From Macrostomum lignano (taxonomy: Eukaryota): 28,814 bases of DNA. The notes below the pieces were generated by a model. It had not been told where the DNA came from. It made no database searches and was given only the letters and a program-made list of their open reading frames with translations. Where the stretch lies: positions 1 through 28,814 of the forward strand of contig NIVC01005002.1 of the NCBI GenBank assembly GCA_002269645.1. Direction: 5' to 3'. The position numbers were made by a program, and so were the translations under genes. Shown here in pieces: positions 10,701 through 19,400 of the stretch. Numbering within the stretch: position 1 is the first letter of the stretch; each line of letters opens with the position of its first letter.

Positions 10701-13700
10701 AAAATCCCCTTCAGTGCCTTTTTGGCCAACTGAAGCGACTTGCTTGCATCGACGTTTGCAGCTCGTCGGCGTCCTTCCTCACTGAGTAGATGCAGGGGGA
10801 TCGCCTTTTTCCGACACTCTGATGCCCCTTCAAGATTTCCAGCTACCAGAAAGTTCTCAAATGACTTGATCCACCTTGCCCATGGCACAAGAGGTTTACC
10901 TGGTTGAAACTCCACTGGGTATGGGAGTCCGCTCATCGCTATTCGTTGTGCTTTGGATTGATTCAATTAGTAAGATATCGTAGCAAAAATTTTATCTCTA
11001 CTCTAACTATACCCAAAAATTTACAACATGGGTCATGCCGTGAATGAAACCCAGTTGCACTGCCAAAATCAATGCAAGAATTTTAGAAAGATTAGGATCA
11101 GAAAACTCACGAGTCTGTGCCATTGTACTGGTGGAAGAGCTGTCGTTAAAGCCAGGCTTAACCACAACAACAGTTGCTGTGAGGTTCTCTCCCGACTGCA
11201 GACCGCAGCAGCTGCCATTCAGCTGTTTGCCGGCATCAATCGGAGAATTGGAGCCACAGGTCAGGTTGTATGTCACACCTGACGTATTGGAGGCTGGCCA
11301 CTCTACATCAAGACAGTTCACGTTGGAGCCCGTCACGGTGACAGAAGCCACGGGAGCGACCACTGGAAGCAAATCAAACAAGGTGTACAAATGTGCATTT
11401 TTAGATACAGTTATAGTTAATACAGCTCATACTTATTCACTGACTGCAGTGTCTTCAGTTCTGGTATAGTAAGTTAATAACAATCTGATACAAACTGTAC
11501 CAAACACCTCTACAAAAGCTGTAAGCTCCGAAAAAAGGCAAAGGCGGAGCTGTCGCTCAAGCTGCATCAGCTGCTGCAATCATTTCTGCTGCAAAATCAG
11601 AGTGATGGAAAGCAGTAAAATTAGAAAATTTGTGTTAAAGGCCACGCATCTGAAACTTAAAAAATTTCTACATTGGTGACATCACTGCAGTAAAAAGGCT
11701 TTTGTATTGGCCTTAAAGTTGCACCACATCCACAGCAATTTTTTCAACACTTTGAAAATTGAATTACAAGCCTGCGTCAGATCAGCTATTAAGCATGGGT
11801 GAACTCGCTACCTGGCAAAAACTGTCGTCAACTTACATTCTGCTTTGCGGAGGAATTTACGAGTAATTTATACAAAAAATCAAAGCCATCAGTCAAAGCT
11901 CAGCCCCGTCAATCAACATCCCTAAAAGCCGCAAAGCATCACAGTCGAATTAAAGGCCTGCGTCAGTTGAGCAATTAAGCATCAAGCACTCTGATTTGCA
12001 GAGGAATTTAATTCAGAAAAATCAAACTTCAGCCCTGTCAGTCAACATCCCTAAAAGCCGCAAAGCATCACGGCAACAAAGCCATCTGACTCAGAGCAGC
12101 TCATCTGAGCACACAGAGCTGCTGAACTCACGAGTCTGTCCCACTTTACTGGCGGGAGAGCTGTTGCTAAAGCCAGGCTTAACCACAACAACAGTTGCTG
12201 TGTGGTTCTCTCCTGACTGCAGACCGCAGCAGGAGCCTGAGGTTCCTGAGTCCACTTTAATTGCACCTGACCCACAGTCAAGCTCGTATGTCACACCCGA
12301 TGTATTGGAGGCTGGCCACTCTACATCAAGACAGGTCACGTTGGAGTTCTTCACGGTGACAGAAGCCACAGGTGACACCACTAAAACCGGGTTTCAGTTC
12401 GTGTGACAAAGAAGGTCAGTTAGAGCACAATAAATCGTGCGCTATTGTTGGATAGCTGTTGCAAAAAAACCTTAAAAGATCACTACGCTACTGAAAGTAG
12501 TAAGTTAGGACTTTCCGGTCAATAATTAAACCCTCATAAGTGCTCTGTAAAATGACAATAGATACATGCACGTCGGAAGCCTTACAAAAACATCGAAGAA
12601 GCCACGTCACAAAAACTACTTATGAGTAAACGTGAGTGAATACAATGCACTCTTGTGCCCTAATTGCACTGCTTGAAACTTTCCTTGATTTTCAAATTCG
12701 ATTTCTACAGACTAACTGCAAAGCCTTTGCTGGGTTTCAGTGCACAATTTGAATCAAACAATGCCCCGGCGCTGAGGCAAGAAACTCAGAAACATCGGCT
12801 GTGAAAACTCACGAGTCTGTCCCACTATACTGGCGGGAGAGCTGTCGTTAAAGCCAGCCTTAACCACAACAACAGTTGCTGTGAGGTTCTCTCCTGACTG
12901 CAGACCGCAGCAGCTGCCATTCAGCTGTTTGCCGGCATCAATCGAAGAATTGGAGCCACAGTCAAGCTCGTATGTCACATCCGATGTATTGGAGGCTGTC
13001 CAGTCTACATCAAGACAGGTCACATTGGATTTCGTCACGGTGACAGAAGCCACGGGTGACACCACTGAAACCGGGTTGCAATTCGTGTGACAAATAAGGT
13101 CAGTTAGAGCACAATAAATCGTGTGCCATTGTTGGATAGCTGTTGCAAAAAATAAAATAAAAACTTAAAAGATCACTACGCTACTGAAAGTAGTAAGTTA
13201 GGACTTTCCGGTCAATAATTAACCCCTCATAAGTGCTCTGTAAAATGACAATAGATACATGCACGTCGGAAGCCTCACAAAAACATCGAAGAAGCCACGT
13301 CACAAAAACTACTTATGAGTAAACGTGAGTGAATACAATGCACTCTTGTGCCCTAATTGCACTGCTTGAAACTTTCCTTGATTTTCAAATTCGATTTCTA
13401 CAGACTAACTGCAAAGCCTTTGCTGGGTTTCAGTGCACAATTTGAATCAAACAATGCCCCGGCGCTGAGGCAAGAAACTCAGAAACATCGGCTGTGAAAA
13501 CTCACGAGTCTGTCCCACTCTACTGGCGGGAGAGCTGTCGTTAAAGCCAGCCTTAACCACAACAACAGTTGCTGTGAGGTTCTCTCCCGACTGCAGACCG
13601 CAGCAGCTGCCATTCAGCTGTTTGCCGGCATCAATCGGAGAATTGGAGCCACAGGTCAGGTTGTATGTCACACCTGACGTATTGGAGGCTGGCCACTCTA

Positions 13701-16700
13701 CATCAAGACAGTTCACGTTGGAGCCCGTCACGGTGACAGAAGCCACGGGAGCGACCACTGGAAGCAAATCAAACAAGGTGTACAAATGTGCATTTTTAAT
13801 ACAGATAGTTAATACAGCTCATACTTATTCACTGACTGCAGTGTCTTCAGTTCTGGTATAGTAAGTTAATAACAATCTGATACAAACTGTACCAAACACC
13901 TCTACAAAAGCTGTAAGCTCCGAAAAAAGGCAAAGGCGGAGCTGTCGCTCAAGCTGCATCAGCTGCTGCAATCATTTCTGCTGCAAAATCAGAGTGATGG
14001 AAAGCAGTAAAATTAGAAAATTTGTGTTAAAGGCCACGCATCTGAAACTTAAAAAATTTCTACATTGGTGACATCACTGCAGTAAAAAGGCTTTTGTATT
14101 GGCCTTAAAGTTGCACCACATCCACAGCAATTTTTTCAACACTTTGAAAATTGAATTACAAGCCTGCGTCAGATCAGCTATTAAGCATGGGTGAACTCGC
14201 TACCTGGCAAAAACTGTCGTCAACTTACATACTGCTTAGCGGAGGAATTTACGAGTAATTTATACAAAAAATCAAAGCCATCAGTCAAAGCTCAGCCCCG
14301 TCAATCAACATCCCTAAAAGCCGCAAAGCATCACAGTCGAATTAAAGGCCTGCGTCAGTTGAGCAATTAAGCATCAAGCACTCTGATTTGCAGAGGAATT
14401 TAATTCAGAAAAATCAAACTTCAGCCCTGTCAGTCAACATCCTTAAAAGCCGCAAAGCATCACAGCAACAAAGCCATCTGACTCAGAGCAGCTCATCTGA
14501 GCACACAGAGCTGCTGAACTCACGAGTCTGTCCCACTTTACTGGCGGGAGAGCTGTTGCTAAAGCCAGGCTTAACCACAACAACAGTTGCTGTGTGGTTC
14601 TCTCCTGACTGCAGACCGCAGCAGGAGCCTGAGGTTCCTGAGTCCACTTTAATTGCACCTGACCCACAGTCAAGCTCGTATGTCACACCCGATGTATTGG
14701 AGGCTGGCCACTCTACATCAAGACAGTTCACGTTGGAGCCCGTCACTGTGACAGAAGCCACAGGTGACACCACTGAAACCGGGTTGCAATTCGTGTGACA
14801 AATAAGGTCAGTTAGAGCACAATAAATCGTGTGCCATTGTTGGATAGCTGTTGCAAAAAATAAAATAAAAACTTAAAAGATCACTACGCTACTGAAAGTA
14901 GTAAGTTAGGACTTTCCGGTCAATAATTAACCCCTCATAAGTGCTCTGTAAAATGACAATAGATACATGCACGTCGGAAGCCTCACAAAAACATCGAAGA
15001 AGCCACGTCACAAAAACTACTTATGAGTAAACGTGAGTGAATACAATGCACTCTTGTGCCCTAATTGCACTGCTTGAAACTTTCCTTGATTTTCAAATTC
15101 GATTTCTACAGACTAACTGCAAAGCCTTTGCTGGGTTTCAGTGCACAATTTGAATCAAACAATGCCCCGGCGCTGAGGCAAGAAACTCAGAAACATCGGC
15201 TGTGAAAACTCACGAGTCTGTCCCACTCTACTGGCGGGAGAGCTGTTGTTAAAGCCAGGCTTAACCACAACAACAGTTGCTGTGAGGTTCTCTCCCGACT
15301 GCAGACCGCAGCAGCTGCCATTCAGCTGTTTGCCGGCATCAATCGGAGAATTGGAGCCACAGGTCAGGTTGTATGTCACACCTGACGTATTGGAGGCTGG
15401 CCACTCTACATCAAGACAGTTCACGTTGGAGCCCGTCACGGTGACAGAAGCCACGGGAGCGACCACTGGAAGCAAATCAAACAAGGTGTACAAATGCATG
15501 CATTTTTAAATACAGCGATAGTTAATACTGCTCATACTTATTCACTGACTGCAGTGTCTTCAGTTTCGGTATAGTAGTTAATATCTGTCTGATACAAACT
15601 GTAGAAAGGTGTAAACATACAGTCATTCCGAATGCAGCAGCAATCTTATACAGACAGTCTGTACATCTTACGCTCCTTAGTAATCAGAATTACCACCTGC
15701 TATCTTCGTCGTCATCATTTCGTCTTACTAAAAATATATTAAACTGCAGTAAATAAAACCTTGCTATCAAACTGTTTAAGCATTTGATGATGAAGGAAGG
15801 TAAACACACTGAAGTTTCCATTTGCAGCTAGTAGCTGCTTTAAAAAAGCACCCTTACTGCACAAGAAGAACTGCGCAAATTCACAGTTTCTAAATTTCTC
15901 AGGAAATTCCGAACAAAATTACATGTATAAGCTTCGATAGTTTTAAGTAGCAAAACCTTGCATAGTTGCTAACACAAAATCCAAGTGGAGCAAAGTTGTT
16001 GATGACTCGATACACAGCGTTCTTCATAAACTTTGATTTAACGAATTGCAAACATTTATCGTATCCCCTGCATTCATTGCCTCTGACCGGATAGGCATTT
16101 CAAGTGTGCTTTAGTGTGTGACAGTGTCTGCTTTAGTGTGTCACAGTGTCTGCTTTAGTGTGTCACAGTGTCTGCTTTAGTGTGTCACAGTGTCTGCTTT
16201 AGTGTGCCACAGTGTCTGCTTTAGTGTGTCACAGTGTCTGCTTTAGTGTGTCACAATGTCTGCTTTAGTGTGCCACAGTGTCTGCTTTAGTGTGTCACAG
16301 TGTCTGCTTTAGTGTGTCACAGTGTCTGCTTTCGTGTGTCACAGTGTCTGTTTTAGTGTGTCACAGTGTCTGTTTTAGTGTGTCACAGTGTCTGTTTTAG
16401 TGTGTCACAGTGTCTGTTTTAGTGTGTCACAGTGTCTGTTTTAGTGTGTCACAGTGTCTGCTTTAGTGTGTCAGTGTCTGCTTTAGTGCGTCAGTGTCTG
16501 TCTTAGTGTGTCACAGTGTCTGTCTTAGTGTGTCACAGTGTCTGTCTTAGTGTGTCACAGTGTCTGTCTTAGTGTGTCACAGTGTCTGTCTTAGTGTGTC
16601 TTTGCGTTTCTCTTAGTGAGCCGTTCTGTTTTAACACATCTGTCATAGGAAGACATTTGCTCAAAAATGGGGTTGCTGAGTTTCAAAAGCTCCAAGAGAA

Positions 16701-17214
16701 AAGGTGTCTGAGATTACAAAAGTCAAGAGCCAACTACAATTGATGTCAGCGCTGTTTCCAAGTGTTTGACCCAGAAGCTTCACTCACGAGTTTTGCCTGT
16801 GGCGCTGCTGGGCGGGCTGTCCAGATGTCCTGGAGCTTGTGCTACGACTGTCACGCTGTGCTCTGCGCCGGAGCTCAAACCGGTACAGGTGTAGCTGCTG
16901 GCGGTGATGTTGCATTCAAGAGGCTTTCCCGAGCAGTTGACACAGTATGAGGCGCCTGCTCCTGACACAGGCGTCCATGAAAAATACACCGAATCTACCG
17001 TGGCTCTTGCCGCATCCGATTTGAGATCGGTCACCGACGGTAGAGTTGGAGTTGGAGTTGGAGTTGGAGTTGTCGGAGCTTCCGTAGGCGCCTCCGTAGT
17101 TGTCGCTGGTGCGTCGGTTGTCGATGCTTTCGTCAACTGCAGGACCGGCAAACTGCAGACTGTCAACAGAAGCAGCACTGCTGACGCCCGCGAACTACTA
17201 GCAGGAGTTGGCAT
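958..17214 (-). CDS. Multi-exon gene (5' part) encoding a signal-peptide protein with ~20 FN3 domains; R3-type receptor tyrosine phosphatase-like or adhesion-receptor ectodomain, 3' end outside window
   Basis: 14 exons assembled by hand with GT/AG boundaries and compatible phases. FN3 signatures include W.PP...NG.I..Y and L.P.T.Y.(I/V).V. The PTP-like identity is inference only, because no TM or PTP domain is visible. Four apparent frameshifted spots (~1610, ~3616, ~7790, ~8690-8705). Confidence 0.88.
1793..2025 (+). mobile_element. tRNA-derived SINE with CORE/Meta-like central domain; 3' end approximate
   Basis: A box TAGCCTAGTGG 1800-1810 and B box GGTTCGATTCC 1844-1854, with broken acceptor and T stems. 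Followed by GTGTCCTTGAGCAAGACACTTAAC...CACCCAGCTGTAAACTGGGTACC (1876-1939), which resembles conserved metazoan SINE cores (from memory). Confidence 0.8.
2335..3891 (-). CDS. Large exon with ~4.5 FN3 domains, one frameshift near 3616
   Basis: TTTCAG|AT at 3892. Frame of ORF 3443-3859 switches to frame of ORF 2161-3801 at LQ/IPNGS. WSPPSEPNGVIIAY, LEPYTPYRITVWPVNRAGPG, WTPPTMLNGVFQQY. Donor GAG|GTGAGT at 2334, phase 0. Confidence 0.82.
3961..4898. repeat. Intronic degenerate 15-16-bp satellite (CCCCAACTCCACAAAC)n
   Basis: Direct inspection; almost G-free on the + strand. Confidence 0.95.
5082..5390 (-). CDS. Exon, 309 nt, divergent FN3-like domain
   Basis: TTTCAG|AG at 5391 and ACAG|GTGAGT at 5081; open frame, phase 1-1; LSAVW...YAYSDNVTIEVVAV. 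Confidence 0.8.
5913..6164 (-). CDS. Unique FN3 exon, 252 nt, distant paralogue of the cassettes
   Basis: CTCCCAG|GC ... ACTA|GTAAGA, phase 1-1; LSPVTNASIVWSSTYESVHVSWNAS...GLSPGSVQSIDIIVKKAGF. Confidence 0.85.
6262..6513 (-). CDS. FN3 cassette exon 10 (divergent type D), 252 nt
   Basis: TTCCAG|TG ... CTC|GTGAGT; TGSNETCLDVEW...IDVGRELKGRCC. Confidence 0.9.
6965..7216 (-). CDS. FN3 cassette exon 9 (type C), 252 nt
   Basis: TTTCAG|TG ... CTC|GTGAGT; open frame. Confidence 0.9.
7658..7907 (-). CDS. FN3 cassette exon 8 (type A), 250 nt, two 1-nt deletions
   Basis: Splice sites intact. gg to g at ~7789 and ~7796 relative to the paralogues. Pseudo-exon or sequencing error. Confidence 0.75.
8674..8920 (-). 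CDS. FN3 cassette exon 7 (type B), 247 nt, two 1-nt deletions
   Basis: Splice sites intact. Deletions at ~8688 (ttt to tt) and ~8705 (tt to t) relative to the paralogues. Pseudo-exon or sequencing error. Confidence 0.75.
9302..11067 (-). mobile_element. Degenerate, internally deleted Gypsy/Ty3 LTR retrotransposon (Mag-like) with very short LTRs
   Basis: 3' LTR 9302-9397 (TGT...CAACA, AATAAA at 9325-9330) preceded by PPT AGGGAGGAGAA (9401-9411). Diverged 5' LTR 10944-11067 followed by PBS-like TAGCGATGAG. gag remnant (WARWIKSFENFLVA...KKAIPLHLL), DEELQPVLRHIADGWP linker, integrase remnant (DNGPQFVSEEF...GIRH). No RT recognised; no TSD seen. Confidence 0.88.
11111..11362 (-). CDS. FN3 cassette exon 6 (type A, divergent 3' end), 252 nt
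   Basis: TTCCAG|TG ... CTC|GTGAGT; ends SSSTSTMAQT instead of SSPASRVGQT. Confidence 0.88.
12132..12380 (-). CDS. FN3 cassette exon 5 (type B), 249 nt
   Basis: TTTTAG|TG ... CTC|GTGAGT; VTVKNSNVTCLDVEW...YELDCGSGAIKVDSGTSGSCC. Confidence 0.9.
12813..13064 (-). CDS. FN3 cassette exon 4 (type C), 252 nt
   Basis: TTTCAG|TG ... CTC|GTGAGT; VTVTKSNVTCLDVDWTASNTSDVTYELDCGSNSSIDAGKQLNGSCC. Confidence 0.9.
13506..13757 (-). CDS. FN3 cassette exon 3 (type A), 252 nt
   Basis: TTCCAG|TG ... CTC|GTGAGT; open frame, phase 1-1. Confidence 0.9.
14524..14772 (-). CDS. FN3 cassette exon 2 (type B body with A-like 5' end), 249 nt
   Basis: TTTCAG|TG ... CTC|GTGAGT; VSPVASVTVTGSNVNCLD...YELDCGSGAIKVDSGTSGSCC...KVGQT. 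Confidence 0.9.
15214..15465 (-). CDS. FN3 cassette exon 1 (type A), 252 nt
   Basis: Acceptor TTCCAG|TG, donor CTC|GTGAGT, phase 1-1; VAPVASVTVTGSNVNCLDVEW...YNLTCGSNSPIDAGKQLNGSCC...RVGQT. Confidence 0.9.
16103..16600. repeat. Intron-1 22-bp satellite (CTGYYTTAGTGTGTCACAGTGT)n, ~22 copies
   Basis: Direct inspection; variant blocks GCTTT, GTTTT (x5, from 16348) and GTCTT (x5, from 16498). Confidence 0.95.
16788..17214 (-). CDS. Exon 1: signal peptide, Thr/Pro/Ala stalk, first FN3
   Basis: ATG at 17214 (MPTPASSSRASAVLLLLTVCSLPVLQLTKA), then STTDAPATTTEAPTEAPTTPTPTPTPT, then FN3 (VYFSW...GLSSGAEHSVTV). Donor ACTC|GTGAGT at 16787, phase 1. Confidence 0.88.
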
Positions 17215-17439
17215 AGCAACAGAGAAGGGACGCAGAGGGAAGGGAGAATCACGGCAGAGAAGTACGTCTTCCGTTGGCAAACCGCCAAGACACCTTTGCT
17301 ATTGCTGCAAAGATTTTTAGAAAAAAAGAAGACAACTTTAGCAACTTTAGCACAACAACTAAAGCGCTTGCGCGTCCTAAAGAAAAACTGCAATCTCAAA
17401 CAGTTCTCAACAACACGGAAACGCGGTGTTTGAATAATA

Positions 17440-17491
17440 TAAACTAAGGCATGGGAGAGAGGCGAGAGAGAGGGAGAGAGAGAGAGAGAGA
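17440..17491 (-). promoter_or_regulatory. Candidate core promoter of the FN3 gene: GA/CT tract with Inr-like TTAGTT
   Basis: (GA)n tract 17453-17491 about 240 bp upstream of the ATG; TTAGTT on the minus strand at 17442-17447. Position-based inference only. Confidence 0.3.
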
Positions 17492-18837
17492 TAGTGCAGT
17501 CGAGGCTCTGCGTCATTTTTTTATTTAATGCGATTTGCTTCTTACGGTAGCGAAAGAGAGAGCAGTGAGAGAGCTGTGAGGTGAGGTGGGCTTCGGAAAA
17601 CCTAATTGGCCTGTGTTGAGTTAGGAGGGGCTACCCCTCTGTCTGTACGCACGCAGGCACAACCCTACTGTGCAACACACGTCGAGGCTAAGGTTCGAAA
17701 CCGAAGCTCTCTCTCTGCATGCGTGTCCCTCTCGTTCTTGCTCACCGAACGGAAACACAAGCTCTTAACTGCATTCATCAACAAATATTCAGCTTACTAT
17801 TTTTAGCTTGTTTAATAGCCAAAAACGCACACTTTGAGCTAGATATAAATTATAATAGGCGAGCTTCGCCTTTAGGGTGGGGCGGCTAGTTCAAGGCTGA
17901 ACAATGAACATCTGATTGCACATCCAGACAATGGTAGACCGTACAGTGCATAAACACAAAGCCGAAGGCGTAGCCACCAACGATACATAATGGAAAAACT
18001 AAAATAGAAACAAGGATTCTGCCAAGCATGACTACATTTAAATATATTTACTTCGCCAGCCCACTAAAATCGCAAAGAAAAAAGAGAACTTGCGTTTTAA
18101 AAAAAGAAGTTTAAACCATATAGTCTGAAGTAGGTGGGGACAGACAAAACTGCGAAACCAACCTAATCTCCGCCTAAGAAAAATCGAGAGAACTCGAGAG
18201 AATCTAAAATAGAATTGGCGTCCTTGCAAGAAAAAATACTTTTATCTCTCTAGTCAGTGTGCGCAGTGCTTAGCAGAGACTTTCAGAGACTTTATCGGAC
18301 ATAATATTGAGATTCAAAGAGTCAGCCATGCAGGGCTCGAACTACATTGTAAGCTAGTATCCTTAACTGTGGAAATGCAAATTAAGCAAATGTGTCCAAC
18401 AATTTATTCGAAGAATTTGCATTCAAGAACTGTATATGCAGTCACCATAGTGGTTAGTGAAGTTAGTAATACAGAAGAGTGGTAAACTATAAGTTATATA
18501 AAGGAGTAATATCGTTTTAAAGCGCAAATCTGATGTCGATTTTCTAAATTAAAACTAATTATGAACAAGTTTAGACTTTACCAACTTCCTTTAAGATACA
18601 ACGGTTTTGCTTCCATTAATATAAACTCTGCTAGCAAATGTCTGGAAGTCTGTAGACCACTATAGTAGCTCTGACCACTAGAAGCTGAATGATATAAACA
18701 GTATTGGTCTTAATAAATCATGCTAGTTATACTCAACTATAGTTCTATAAGTTTACTATATTGGTGCATTATAGGCGCATATCTGTTGATAACTTTATAC
18801 TAAATTGTAGAATTTTAACTAAAAGGATGGTGCATGC

Positions 18838-19400
18838 GAGGGGCGCACTGAAGGGTGAGGGGCACTCTGAAGAGTGAGGGGCACTCTGAAGGGTGAGGGG
18901 CACTCTGAAGGGTGAGGAGAACTCTGAAGGGTGAGAGGCACTCTCAATGGACTCTGAAGGGTGAGGGGCACTCTCAATGGACTCCGAAGGGTGAGAGGCA
19001 CTCTCAATGGATTCTGAAGGGTGAGGGGCACTCCAATGGACTCCGAAGGGTGAGAGGCACTCTCAATGGATTCTGAAGGGTGAGGGGCACTCCCAATGGA
19101 CTCCGAAGGGTGAGAGGCACTCTCAATGGATTCTGAAGGGTGAGGGGCACTCTCAATGGACTCTGAAGGGTGAAAGGGCACTCTGATGGATTCTGAAGGG
19201 TGAGGGGCACTTTGACGGGACTCTGAAGGGTGAGGGGCACTCTGAAAAGCGAGGGGCACTCTGAAGAATGAGAGGCACTCTGAAGGGCAAGGGGCACTCG
19301 GAAGGGACGCTGAAGGGCGAGGGGAATTCTGAAGATTGAGGGGCACTCTGAAGGGCAAGAGGCACTCTGAAGGGTGAGGGACACTCCTGTAGGGTGAGGT
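18838..19400. repeat. Composite satellite: 19-bp (GGGGCACTCTGAAGGGTGA) flanks around ~10 copies of a derived 30-bp unit
   Basis: Measured period of 19 at 18861-18900 and 30 at 18941-19001. Confidence 0.93.

Larger units (their letters stand above)
6262..15600 (-). repeat. Tandem exon-plus-intron duplication array (alpha modules ~690 bp, beta modules ~1020 bp)
   Basis: Alpha introns 7217-7657, 12381-12812, 13065-13505 and 14773-15213 are near-identical, as are beta introns 7908-8673, 11363-12131 and 13758-14523. Diverged alpha introns at 6514-6964 and 8921-11110. Confidence 0.95.

Noticed and set aside
6294-15509. Repeated plus-strand ORFs (LKPGLTTTTVAV...)
   Set aside because: Antisense shadows of the cassette exons, with non-ATG starts
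17215-17280. Upstream start of the 166-aa ORF
   Set aside because: It is a TTG; the first ATG (17214) gives a proper signal peptide
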